Source of the DNA: a virus | Taxonomy: Duplodnaviria > Caudoviricetes | DNA: 32,180 nucleotides | Reading direction: 5' to 3' (one strand) | Virus record (IMG/VR): IMGVR_UViG_3300048578_000007 | Span: 1-32,180 of that record | Part shown: positions 8,254 to 17,106 of the stretch, in pieces | How positions within the stretch are numbered: position 1 is the first letter of the stretch | Layout of the letters: every line of letters starts with the position of its first letter | The notes under the pieces: generated by a model | Database searches by the model: none | What the model was told of the DNA's origin: nothing | What the model saw: only the letters and a program-made list of their open reading frames with translations | Program-made: the position numbers and the translations under genes

Positions 8254-8717
8254 GGACCAGCGCCGATGAGCAGATCCGGGCAGCGCTCGACAGTGGCACC
8301 CTCACGGTTGACCTGGTGACGGGGACGATCTACCGGGGCGCGCGAGTGGTCAAGGGGCGACCGAACACGGACGGCTACCTCCAGGTGTCCGTCGGTGCGG
8401 GACGACTCGGCTACACGCACCGGATCGTGTGGATGGCCGCGCACGGATCCATCCCGGACGGCATGGTGATCGACCACCTCAACGGGGACACCAGGGACAA
8501 CCGCCTAGCCAACCTCGAGGCGGTGAGCACGGGCGAGAACACGAACAGGGCGGTGCGAGGTCACCGCGTCAGCTACCAGATCCTGCGCGCCTTCACCCAG
8601 GCGACAGGAGACGGGGACGAGCGGCTGGCTCAGGCGCTGGCGCTGGCCGAGAAGGGCGCGACACGACGAGAGATAGCGGACATGGTGGACTCGTGGGCAT
8701 CTCCTGAGGTACCGTGA
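8250..8717 (+). CDS. HNH endonuclease (HNH_3, homing-endonuclease-like)
   Basis: DGY...THRIVWMAAHGSIPDGMVIDHLNGDTRDNRLANLEAVSTGEN; C-terminal HTH-like GATRREIADMV. Confidence 0.88.
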   Translation: MRTSADEQIRAALDSGTLTVDLVTGTIYRGARVVKGRPNTDGYLQVSVGAGRLGYTHRIVWMAAHGSIPDGMVIDHLNGDTRDNRLANLEAVSTGENTNRAVRGHRVSYQILRAFTQATGDGDERLAQALALAEKGATRREIADMVDSWASPEVP

Positions 8718-8746
8718 CCCGAAGTGGGGCTCAGTGCACCCACATG

Positions 8747-8784
8747 AGGCCCGGACGCGAGATGCGGACGGGCCTTCGTCGTGT
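8747..8784 (+). terminator. Probable intrinsic terminator closing the early operon
   Basis: AGGCCCG (8747-8753) / CGGGCCT (8769-8775) stem followed by TCGTCGTGT. Confidence 0.5.
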
Positions 8785-8901
8785 GACCACACCGCGACCA
8801 CGAACACCCAGCCCGGCGCACCTGGAGCCGACACAACACGAGCCGCTACGAGTGGCAGCCGCGCGCGCCGTGCACGGGCTGGGGTAAGCAAGGGGGCCCG
8901 G

Positions 8902-9231
8902 GTGGCAACGTCTCGCACAGGGACTACCCGCTACCTACGCAACCGGGGGCGGGTCCTCAAGCAAGCACAGGGGGCCGGCCTCACCCACTGCCCCGGGTAT
9001 GACACCCCGGGGGGTGCCCACCACCCATGTGGGCGGGAGCTCAACTACGACACTCCGCTGCTCGACGAGTCGGCCGAGGCCGACCATGTCGTCGAACACG
9101 CACGGGGCGGGACCGACGACGCCGACAACCTCCGGGTCCTGTGCCGCGCCTGCAACCGACGTCGCAACCACGATCGAACACCGATCCCGACGCCAGACGC
9201 GAACGACTTCCCACTCTCGCGAGCATGGTGA
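8902..9231 (+). CDS. Packaging-associated HNH endonuclease
   Basis: ATSRTGT N-terminus; EADHVVEHARGGTDDADNLRVLCRACNRRR; immediately upstream of terminase. Confidence 0.88.
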   Translation: MATSRTGTTRYLRNRGRVLKQAQGAGLTHCPGYDTPGGAHHPCGRELNYDTPLLDESAEADHVVEHARGGTDDADNLRVLCRACNRRRNHDRTPIPTPDANDFPLSRAW

Positions 9232-9330
9232 CCCAGGGGGAGGCACCCCCACCCCCCGCCTCTCCCCGCCCCCTCCGGCATAGCGAGATCTCGCCCTGGC
9301 GTTTTTCCACACCCCCACCCGTGAGAGGAG
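9232..9330. other. Putative cos/packaging-initiation region
   Basis: G/C-tract intergenic between HNH and TerS with 12-bp palindrome GCGAGATCTCGC (9283-9294). Confidence 0.45.
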
Positions 9331-9339
9331 GTGCTTCCG

Positions 9340-9651
9340 ATGCCTAGGAAGTCACCACTCACGGTCGTCAAGCCTGGCGACGAGCCCATCCAGGCGGCGT
9401 CGCCGATGACAGTGGCCGAGGCTGCCGAGTCGGGTGATCGTCGCGCCCTGCTGGTGGCGATGCGGGACAGGATCGCGCGCACGGTCGCCAACCCGGACTG
9501 CCCCCCCAGGGATCTCGCTGCACTCTCGCGCCGGCTCGTGGAGCTTGCGAAGGAGATCGAGGCGCTGGACCTGGCTGAGAAGCAGGAGGAGTCTCGCCGT
9601 GGCAACAGCGGCCGTGAGCGGCGTCGATCGTTCGACGCTTCGGCTGTCTGA
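9340..9651 (+). CDS. Terminase small subunit
   Basis: GAGAGGAGG RBS; VAEAAESGDRRALLVAMRDRIA...PPRDLAALSRRL; directly precedes TerL. Confidence 0.8.
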   Translation: MPRKSPLTVVKPGDEPIQAASPMTVAEAAESGDRRALLVAMRDRIARTVANPDCPPRDLAALSRRLVELAKEIEALDLAEKQEESRRGNSGRERRRSFDASAV

Positions 9652-11176
9652 GGTCGCTCGGCATGTCGTCATGCCTACGGGCATCGTCGACTCCCTGTGG
9701 TTCGACGTCGAGGAGCGTTGCCGTGAGTTCGGTGACGAGTTCGACGCCTGGCAGGACGGTCTAGGGCAGCTCGCGCTCGGTCTGCGCGCCGATGGGATGT
9801 TCGCGGCGACGATCGGTGGCGTTGTGCTGTCGATCCCGCGGCAGGTCGCCAAGACGTTCATCGTCGGGCGCATCGTCGTGGCCCTGTGCACGCTGTACCC
9901 GAACCTGACGATCCTGTGGACTGCTCACCGGGTGCGAACGGCGACGCGGACCTTCGAGTCGCTCAAGGGCTTCGTCAGTCGTAAGGCCGTGAAGGCGTAC
10001 CTCTTGCCGACGCGCAACGACGGGATCAAGTCGGGGCACTCGGACCAGGAGATCCGGTTCAGCAACGGCTCGGTCATCCTGTTCGGCGCTCGCGAGCAGG
10101 GCTTCGGTCGCGGCTTTGAAGAGGTCGACGTCGAGGTGTTCGACGAGGCGCAGATCCTCACGGAGAGCGCGCTCGAGGACATGGTGCCGGCGACCAACCA
10201 GTCCCGGTTCCCGCATGGGGCGCTGCTGTTCTTCATGGGCACGCCGCCGCGCCCGAAGGACCCGGGCGAGGAGTTCGCGAACCGCCGCAAGGAGGCGCTC
10301 GGCGCGAAGCCACCGACCGTCGTCGTGGCCGAGCACGGGGATGCCCTGTACGTCGAGTGCTCCGCGGACGAGAACATCGGCAGGCCCGACGGCCCGTCGC
10401 TGATGGATCACGAGCAGTGGATGAGGGCGAACCCGTCCTATCCGCACCGCACGCCCGAGGCGTCGATGCTGCGGATGCGGAAGAACCTCACGAACGATGA
10501 CTCGTGGCGACGCGAGGCGATGGGCGTGTGGGACGGCGACGGCGTCAAGATGTGGCAGACCGTGGGCCGTCAGCAGTGGGCCGACCTTGCGATCCCGGTC
10601 GCACCGGCGGACGGCACGCTCGCATACGCGGTGAAGTTCTCGGCGGACGGGCAGCGCGTAGCCGCAGCCGGCGCCGTTCAGCCTGATGGCGGCCCGGTGC
10701 ACGTCGAGGCGTTCGGTGTCCACCCGATGTCGGAAGGCACGTCCTCGCTCGTCTCGTGGCTGGCTGAGCGGTGGCGCAAGGCGGCGGTGATCCTCGTGGA
10801 TGGCAAGGCTGGCGCGGGTGACCTGCGGACGCAGCTCATCGCGTCTGGCGTGTCTGCTCGCCGGGTGCGGGTTGTGACGACGGATGAGGCGATCACGGCG
10901 CACGCGGGGTTCCTGCGGGCGATCCATGAGGGCAGCGTGACGCACGCCGGCCAGCCGGGTCTGGACGCGCAGGTGCGGGTCGCGGGTCAGCGGACCATCG
11001 GTACCGCGGGCGGCTGGGGCTGGAAGGCCGTGACCGCCGACGGTGACGTGACGGCTCTGGACGCGGTGACTCTGGCCCGCTTCGGAGCGGTGACTGGCAA
11101 GCGCAAGACCGGCGAGGGCCGCACACCGTCCGAAGGTCGGACCACGAGCAACAGAAGGGCGGTGGTCCTCGCATGA
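9599..11176 (+). CDS. Terminase large subunit
   Basis: AGGAGGAG RBS before GTG 9599; Walker A-like IPRQVAKT, Walker B VEVFDEAQ, MGTPP coupling motif, ANPSYP. Confidence 0.92.
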   Translation: MATAAVSGVDRSTLRLSEVARHVVMPTGIVDSLWFDVEERCREFGDEFDAWQDGLGQLALGLRADGMFAATIGGVVLSIPRQVAKTFIVGRIVVALCTLYPNLTILWTAHRVRTATRTFESLKGFVSRKAVKAYLLPTRNDGIKSGHSDQEIRFSNGSVILFGAREQGFGRGFEEVDVEVFDEAQILTESALEDMVPATNQSRFPHGALLFFMGTPPRPKDPGEEFANRRKEALGAKPPTVVVAEHGDALYVECSADENIGRPDGPSLMDHEQWMRANPSYPHRTPEASMLRMRKNLTNDDSWRREAMGVWDGDGVKMWQTVGRQQWADLAIPVAPADGTLAYAVKFSADGQRVAAAGAVQPDGGPVHVEAFGVHPMSEGTSSLVSWLAERWRKAAVILVDGKAGAGDLRTQLIASGVSARRVRVVTTDEAITAHAGFLRAIHEGSVTHAGQPGLDAQVRVAGQRTIGTAGGWGWKAVTADGDVTALDAVTLARFGAVTGKRKTGEGRTPSEGRTTSNRRAVVLA

Positions 11177-12591
11177 CCGAGCAGACCATCCGTCTCCCCC
11201 AGGTCGACGACGACACCAATGCGCTCCTGAACGGGCTGCACAAGCAGCTCGCGGGCGCGACCCGGCGCAACGAGATGCTGTCGGCGTACTACGACATGCA
11301 CCGGCTGGTGCGGCAGGTCTCCACCGTGCTGCCTCCGATGTACCGGGGTCTGGCGCTGACGCTCGGGTGGACCGCGAAGGGTGTGGATGCTCTCGCGCGC
11401 CGGTGCGTGCTGAACGGGTTCTCGTGGCCGGATGGCGACCTGGACTCTCTCGGCGGGCGCGAGGTGTGGGACCAGAACATGCTCGGATCCGAGGCGCGTC
11501 AGGGCGGCATCGAGTCCCTGATCCACGGCCCGGCTTTCATCGTGACGACGCGAGGTGGCGCGGACGAGCCCGACGCGCTGATCCACTTCAAGTCGGCGCT
11601 CGACGCGACCGGGACGTGGAACGCGCGCGCCCGTCGCCTGGAGAACCTGCTCTCGATCACCGACCGGGACGAACGGGGGAACACGACGGGCCTGGTGCTG
11701 TACCTCGACGGCGTGACGATCACGGCCGACAAGGACTCGTCCGGATGGTCCGTGGACCGTCAGGTGCACCCGTGGGGCGTGCCGGCGGACCCGATGGTCT
11801 ACAAGCCGCGCCTGCGTCGCGCGTTCGGGTCCTCGCGGATCTCCCGTGCGGCTCGCGGGTTGCAGGACGCCGCCGTGCGCGAGCTCCTGCGGCTCGAGGG
11901 CCACATGGACACGTACTCCTTCCCGGAGATGTGGCTCCTCGGCGCCGACGAGAACGTGTTCAAGGACGCTTCGGGCAACATCAAGCCGGTGTGGCAGGTC
12001 ATGCTCGGCCGGATCAAGGGCATCCCTGACGACCAGGACCAGGACGACCCGGCGCTGGCTCGCGCGGACGTCAAGCAGTTCGCCGCGTCGTCTCCGCAGC
12101 CGCACCTCGCGGACCTCAACGCTCTGGCGAAGTTGTTCGCGCGGGAGATGAGCCTGCCGGACACTGCGCTGGCGATCACCGACGTGGCGAACCCGACTTC
12201 GGCGGAGTCCTACGACGCCTCGCAGTACGAGCTGATCGCGGAGGCAGAGGGCACGGTCGACGACTGGTCCCCGGCGCTGCGTCGGGCGTACACGCGGTCC
12301 CTGGCAATCGCGAACGGGCTCGAGGAGGTGCCGGCGGAGTGGGCGTCGATCGACACCCGGTGGCGCAACCCGCGCTTCCTGTCCCGTGCGGCCGAGGCTG
12401 ACGCGGGCGCGAAGCAGATCGGTGCGGTGCCGTGGCTGTCCGAGACGCGCGTGGGTCTGCGAGTGCTGGGCATGTCCGAGCAGGACATCGATGACGCTCT
12501 CGGTGAGCGGCGTCGCGCGCAGGCCGGGTCGCGTCTGGATGCGCTGATCGCGGCGGGCCAGCAGGCGGCGCCCGATGCCGTCGAGGGCTGA
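11173..12591 (+). CDS. Portal protein (SPP1 gp6-like actinophage type)
   Basis: LGWTAKGVDALARR, RAFGSSRISR, NPTSAESY; 472 aa following TerL. Confidence 0.9.
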   Translation: MTEQTIRLPQVDDDTNALLNGLHKQLAGATRRNEMLSAYYDMHRLVRQVSTVLPPMYRGLALTLGWTAKGVDALARRCVLNGFSWPDGDLDSLGGREVWDQNMLGSEARQGGIESLIHGPAFIVTTRGGADEPDALIHFKSALDATGTWNARARRLENLLSITDRDERGNTTGLVLYLDGVTITADKDSSGWSVDRQVHPWGVPADPMVYKPRLRRAFGSSRISRAARGLQDAAVRELLRLEGHMDTYSFPEMWLLGADENVFKDASGNIKPVWQVMLGRIKGIPDDQDQDDPALARADVKQFAASSPQPHLADLNALAKLFAREMSLPDTALAITDVANPTSAESYDASQYELIAEAEGTVDDWSPALRRAYTRSLAIANGLEEVPAEWASIDTRWRNPRFLSRAAEADAGAKQIGAVPWLSETRVGLRVLGMSEQDIDDALGERRRAQAGSRLDALIAAGQQAAPDAVEG

Positions 12592-13309
12592 GACCGAGCG
12601 TCTGCGGCAGGCCCAGGTCGGGCTCCGGTCGCTCGTCGAGCGGGATCTGCGGGCGTTCTGGTCGTCGCTGGACCTGAACAAGCCGGAGGCGGCGCGTGAT
12701 GCGCTGCTGAGGTTCGTGCCGGACCTAGTGGCGACGTACGGGGAGTCTGCGGCGGCGCTCGCGGCGGACTGGTACGACGAGGTTCGGGCGCTCGAGCGGA
12801 TCCCGGGCCGGTTCCGGGCCGTGATGGACCCGCCGAACGAGGACGTGGCCCTGGTCGAGACGGTTCGCCGTTCGGCAGGCGCACTGTTCACGGACAACCC
12901 GGGCGATGCGCTGGTCGGCATCACCGCCAAGGCTGGCAAGTACGCCCTGGCCGGCGCTCGCCGCACGATCATCACCTCGACCGACCGTGACCCGCGGGCG
13001 TCCGGGTGGCAGCGGGTGACGCGCGCCGGTGCGTGCCGGTTCTGCCGACTGCTCGCTGGCCGCGGTGACGTCTACAAGGAGTCCACGGTCCACTTCGCCG
13101 CTCACGGCGACTGCAACTGCGCCGCGTCGCCCTCGTGGGACCAGAGCGCACCCGAGGTCGACGTCCGGCTCTACGAGGCGTCCAAGCGCACGACGCGACT
13201 GCGCGAGCAGGCGGCGTCCGGTGGCAAGAAGGCGGCGAGTGCCGCACGCCAGCTCGAGGACCGCGCCGCGGCGATCCAGCGCGCGATGGACGAGTACGTC
13301 CCTGAGTGA
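12575..13309 (+). CDS. Minor head / head morphogenesis protein (MuF-like, often annotated capsid maturation protease)
   Basis: AADWYDEVR, GWQRVTRAGACRFCRLLAGRG, HGDCNC; between portal and scaffold. Confidence 0.78.
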   Translation: MPSRAETERLRQAQVGLRSLVERDLRAFWSSLDLNKPEAARDALLRFVPDLVATYGESAAALAADWYDEVRALERIPGRFRAVMDPPNEDVALVETVRRSAGALFTDNPGDALVGITAKAGKYALAGARRTIITSTDRDPRASGWQRVTRAGACRFCRLLAGRGDVYKESTVHFAAHGDCNCAASPSWDQSAPEVDVRLYEASKRTTRLREQAASGGKKAASAARQLEDRAAAIQRAMDEYVPE

Positions 13310-13375
13310 TCTTCCCCGCCTGAGCGGGGTCACGCCTACGCCCGGCGGTCAACGGGCGGTCCATGAGGAGCAGTG

Positions 13376-13891
13376 ATGAGCGAGTCCGCGCCCGAGGGCC
13401 AGGAGCAGCAGCCGAACGACGGCGGTCACAGCGGGTTCACGCCACCCGCAAGCCAGGAGGAGCTCAACCGGATCATCTCCGAGCGAGTGCAGCGGGAGCG
13501 GGCGAAGTACGCCGACCACGCCGACCTCAAGGCCAAGGCTGCGCGACTGGACGAGATCGAGCAGGCGAACCTGAGCGAGGCCGAGAAGGCAGCGCAGCGG
13601 ATCGCCGCCGCGGAGGCCGAGGTAGCACAGGTGCCCGCAAGGGTCGCCGACGCGCTTCGGGACGCGATTGTCGCCCTGGGGGTCGTTCCTGAGACCCGCA
13701 AGGTGCTCCTCACCGCAACCGACCCCGAGTCCCTGCTCGCGCAGGTCAAGGCGATCCAGGAGCTCGAGACCGACCGCAAGAAGTCGGGCAACCACGCGCC
13801 CCGCGAGGGACGCACCCCCACAGCCGGCGCTGACGACCCGATGCGCGAGTTCGCGCGGGACCTGTTCGACCGCGCCATCACCTCTGACTGA
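13376..13891 (+). CDS. Capsid scaffolding protein
   Basis: FTPPASQEELNRIISERVQRERAKYADHADLKAKAARLDEIEQANLSEAEK; GAGGAG RBS. Confidence 0.88.
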   Translation: MSESAPEGQEQQPNDGGHSGFTPPASQEELNRIISERVQRERAKYADHADLKAKAARLDEIEQANLSEAEKAAQRIAAAEAEVAQVPARVADALRDAIVALGVVPETRKVLLTATDPESLLAQVKAIQELETDRKKSGNHAPREGRTPTAGADDPMREFARDLFDRAITSD

Positions 13892-13905
13892 CAAGGAGCA
13901 CGACC

Positions 13906-14802
13906 ATGGTCGCTTTCGCCACCGGATCGCTCACGATCCCCAAGCAGAAGATCGAGCCCTGGCTGGGCAAGATCCGCAACGGCTCGGCCGTCGCGACGCT
14001 CTCGACCCCCACCCCCATGACGTACGGGGAGGGCGAGACCTGGACCTTCGACATCGGCGAGGCCGAGTACGTCGGTGAGGGCGCACAGAAGGGCGGCTCG
14101 ACGATCACGCCGACCACCAAGACGGTCAAGCCGTTCAAGTTCCACAAGACCCTCCGCTTCAACGAGGAGGTTCTGTGGGCGGACGAGGACCGTCGGCTCG
14201 AGGTCGTCGACGAGATCCTCGACCTCATCCAGCCGGCCCTCTCCCGCGCCCTGGACTTCGGGGTGTTCCACGAGATCAACCCGACCGGCGGTGCTGTCGT
14301 GGCCGCGATGAACGGCGGGCTCACGGACACCACGAACCTCGTCGAGTACGCGGCGGCGGACAAGCCCTACGTGAGCCTGGACGCGGCCGACGCGCTCGTG
14401 CTCGCCGACGGCTACATCCCCCGCGACATCGCCCTGGACCCCGCCTACGCGGCGAAGTTCTCGGCGATCCGCGGGACGACCACGGAGCAGAAGCTCTACC
14501 CGAACTTCGTCCTCGGCACCGAGGTCTCCGAGCTGGACGGTCACCGCGCGTCGGTGTCCAACACGGTCGGCGCCAAGACGGTGCTCGCGGTCGACACGAA
14601 GGTGCTCGGCTTCGTCGGCAACTTCGACGCGATCCGCTGGGGCGTGCAGAAGTCGCTGGGCCTCGAGGTCATCCGCTACGGCGACCCGGACGGTGGCGGC
14701 GACCTCAAGCGCAACAACCAGGTCGCGTTCCGCGCGGAGGTCGTCTACGGCTGGGGCATCGCCGACCTCAACGCCTTCGCCAAGATCCACGACCTCGTCT
14801 GA
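13906..14802 (+). CDS. Major capsid protein (HK97 fold)
   Basis: AAGGAG RBS; AEYVGEG, ALSRALDFGVFH, GNFDAIRWG, DLKRNNQVAFRAEVVYGW. Confidence 0.93.
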   Translation: MVAFATGSLTIPKQKIEPWLGKIRNGSAVATLSTPTPMTYGEGETWTFDIGEAEYVGEGAQKGGSTITPTTKTVKPFKFHKTLRFNEEVLWADEDRRLEVVDEILDLIQPALSRALDFGVFHEINPTGGAVVAAMNGGLTDTTNLVEYAAADKPYVSLDAADALVLADGYIPRDIALDPAYAAKFSAIRGTTTEQKLYPNFVLGTEVSELDGHRASVSNTVGAKTVLAVDTKVLGFVGNFDAIRWGVQKSLGLEVIRYGDPDGGGDLKRNNQVAFRAEVVYGWGIADLNAFAKIHDLV

Positions 14803-14966
14803 TGGCTGAGGTCAAGCTGGTTCGGCTGCGCAGCGTGGCGACGGGCGCGGTCGTGCAGGTCCGCGAGGAGAAGGCCGAGGTGCTGGGTTCCGCCTGGCAG
14901 CCGGCCGACTCCCCGCAGGCCGAGAAGCCGGCGGCTCGTCGCCAGTCCAGCAAGTCCAGCAAGTGA
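14802..14966 (+). CDS. Small capsid-associated hypothetical protein
   Basis: TGATG overlap; RLRSVATGAVVQVREEKAEVLGSAWQP, typical post-capsid small gene. Confidence 0.7.
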   Translation: MAEVKLVRLRSVATGAVVQVREEKAEVLGSAWQPADSPQAEKPAARRQSSKSSK

Positions 14967-14985
14967 CTGACAGGGGGCGGTGAGG

Positions 14986-15444
14986 ATGGGAACGTTCGTC
15001 ACCCCGGCCGACCTGACGCCGTTCGCGACCATCGACCTGGCGAAGGCCACAGCGATGATCGAGGACGCAGAGGCGATGGCCATCCTCACCGCCCCCTGCC
15101 TGTCGACGACGGAGGTCGCCTCGGCGACCTGGTACGCGGCGCGTGCGATCCTGCGGGGCGCGATCCTGCGCTGGAACGAGGCCGGGACCGGTGTCATCCA
15201 GCAGACGCAGGTCGGCCCGTTCGGGCAGTCGATGGACACGCGCACAGTGCGCAAGGCGATGTTCTGGCCGTCGGAGATCACCCAGCTCCAGTCGTTGTGC
15301 TCGACGACAGACGGCAAGGCGTTCGCAGTCGACACGTTCGGCGCCGACACGATCCACGCGCCGTGGTGCGCTCTGGCGTTCGGCGCTACCTACTGCTCGT
15401 GCGGTGCGGACATCGCCGGCTACCCGATCTTCGAGGCCCCGTGA
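14986..15444 (+). CDS. Head-to-tail adaptor
   Basis: MIEDAEAMAILTAPCL, ILRGAILRWNEAG, QVGPF, FWPSEITQLQSLC, CSCGADIAG; alternative start 14980. Confidence 0.8.
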   Translation: MGTFVTPADLTPFATIDLAKATAMIEDAEAMAILTAPCLSTTEVASATWYAARAILRGAILRWNEAGTGVIQQTQVGPFGQSMDTRTVRKAMFWPSEITQLQSLCSTTDGKAFAVDTFGADTIHAPWCALAFGATYCSCGADIAGYPIFEAP

Positions 15445-15776
15445 TGGGTCGCACGGTGACCCGGCTGCGCAACGAGCAGACCGGGGTCGACCGGTACAAC
15501 AACCCGGTCTTCGAGAAGGTCCCGACCGACATCCCGGGCGCGCTATTCGCCCCGGAGCGTTCGTCGGGCGAGGTCATCACTGTTGGGCGCGTGGTGCTGA
15601 CGTCCGCCCCGACCCTGTACTGGCTCAAGGAGCGTCCGGACATCGCGGCCGACGACCAGATCGAGGTCGACGGAGTCGTGTACGACGTGGACGGCAAGCC
15701 TGCCGCGTGGACCGATGACCTTGGCGGTTCCGACCTCGGCGGCCTCGTCGTCACCCTCAAGCGGGTGACCGGCTGA
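15444..15776 (+). CDS. Head-to-tail stopper / head closure protein
   Basis: GVDRYNNP, DIAADDQIEVDGVVYDVDGKPAAW, VVTLKRVTG. Confidence 0.8.
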   Translation: MGRTVTRLRNEQTGVDRYNNPVFEKVPTDIPGALFAPERSSGEVITVGRVVLTSAPTLYWLKERPDIAADDQIEVDGVVYDVDGKPAAWTDDLGGSDLGGLVVTLKRVTG

Positions 15777-16045
15777 TGGCCGGCGTGAAGATCGTCCTGA
15801 ACAGCGGCGACATGGGCAAGCTCCTCAAGTCCGAGCAGATGCGCCCCGCGCTGCGAGCGATCGCCGAGGGATGGGCGGCCCGCGCTCGAGCGACTGCCCC
15901 CGTGGACACGGGCGCCTATCGGGACTCGATCCAGGTGGTGGATGACACCACCGACCGCGCCGTGGCCCGTGTGGTCGCGCAGGACCGCAAGGCGCCGATC
16001 GTGGAGTACCGCACCGGCAACCTCAAGCGCGCGATGGGGCGGTGA
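15776..16045 (+). CDS. HK97 gp10-like tail completion protein
   Basis: ARATAPVDTGAYRDSI, VEYRTGNLKRA. Confidence 0.8.
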   Translation: MAGVKIVLNSGDMGKLLKSEQMRPALRAIAEGWAARARATAPVDTGAYRDSIQVVDDTTDRAVARVVAQDRKAPIVEYRTGNLKRAMGR

Positions 16046-16467
16046 CCATGCTCAAGCCCGCGATCCTGTTCCCCGACGCGGTGGCGTGGGCTGTGACGTA
16101 CCTGGGTCCGGCGCTGGCGGCCCGTGTGGAGCCGTTCGCGGACGACGTGACCGTTCGGAGCCAGGCGCCACGTGAGGACGCCACGGACCCCGCACCGGTC
16201 CCCGGTCGCGTGGTGACGATCCGCGACGACGGCGGCCCTGACCGTGACCTGACGAAGGTCAACAGCCTTGGTGTGAACGTGTGGGCCGACACCGAGGAGG
16301 AAGCGGGCGACCTGGCCCGTCTCGTCGCCGCCCTGCTTCGTGCAGGTGTCGGTACCGGCGCTCTCGTGGCGCACCTGGGAGCCAATGGCCCCTACCCGAT
16401 CCCGGACGAGTCCGGGCACCACTGGTTCCTGTCTGCGGATCTCCTGTTCCGCGGCTCAAGTCTGTAG
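16042..16467 (+). CDS. Tail terminator
   Basis: RVVTIRDDGGP, LGVNVWADTEEEAGDLARLVAA; position before major tail gene. Confidence 0.78.
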   Translation: MTMLKPAILFPDAVAWAVTYLGPALAARVEPFADDVTVRSQAPREDATDPAPVPGRVVTIRDDGGPDRDLTKVNSLGVNVWADTEEEAGDLARLVAALLRAGVGTGALVAHLGANGPYPIPDESGHHWFLSADLLFRGSSL

Positions 16468-16481
16468 AAGGAGAGACGCCC

Positions 16482-17018
16482 ATGTCCGTCACCGCTGGCC
16501 TCGATGCCACCGAGGCGCCCATCTACATCGATGGCGCCCTGTACTCCGCCCCTGAGGGCACCACGAAGCCGACGTCGGAGTCCGCCGTCATCGGTGCCGG
16601 GTTCGTCGGTCACGGTCTGTGGTCGTCCGCCGGCCTGACCGAGTCCTCGTCCCGGTCCGTCAACAAGATCCGCGCGTTCCAGCTCAACCAGATCGTCGCG
16701 AGCGTGACGACCGAGGGCAACGCGGTCGTGAAGCTCGTCCTGCTCCAGAGCAACGCCGACAACGCCTCGCTGTACTACCTGAACGGGGTCGACACCACCG
16801 ACGGCTCGGTGGACTGGAACCCGGGTGCGCAGGCCCCGAAGCGCGAGTTCGTCATCGACAAGCTCAACGGCGCCGAGGTCGAGCGGATCGTCGGCACCGG
16901 GCAGGTCACCAACATGGACGACCGCGTGACGACCTACGGGGAGATCACGGGCTACGGCGTGGAGATCACGTTCGTGGGCGTCCCGAAGATCTACAACTCG
17001 GAGTGGGTCGTTCCCTGA
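16482..17018 (+). CDS. Major tail protein
   Basis: AAGGAG RBS; GALYSAPEGT, GLWSSAGLT, IRAFQ, GEITGYGVEIT. Confidence 0.85.
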   Translation: MSVTAGLDATEAPIYIDGALYSAPEGTTKPTSESAVIGAGFVGHGLWSSAGLTESSSRSVNKIRAFQLNQIVASVTTEGNAVVKLVLLQSNADNASLYYLNGVDTTDGSVDWNPGAQAPKREFVIDKLNGAEVERIVGTGQVTNMDDRVTTYGEITGYGVEITFVGVPKIYNSEWVVP

Positions 17019-17106
17019 CGCGCTACCGGCCGGGGTGCTCTGCGCGGACGCCCCGGCCGGTGCCTGACCTTCCGCGCTCCCATCCGCGCAGACGAAAGGC
17101 CCTCCC

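Noticed and set aside
8806-8885. Phage tRNA or hammerhead ribozyme
   Set aside because: No TTC-GA T-loop or D-arm consensus and no CTGATGA/GAAA core; kept only as an unclassified structure candidate
8734-8901. Long N-terminal extension of the packaging HNH
   Set aside because: Low-complexity translation across hairpins; the family-typical start is VATSRTGT at 8902
10987-12975. 662-aa minus-strand ORF and similar long antisense ORFs (13426-14790, 17689-19425, 19101-20525)
   Set aside because: Shadow frames of portal, capsid, tape measure and Dit genes; Arg/Ala-rich with no motifs, as expected in high-GC DNA
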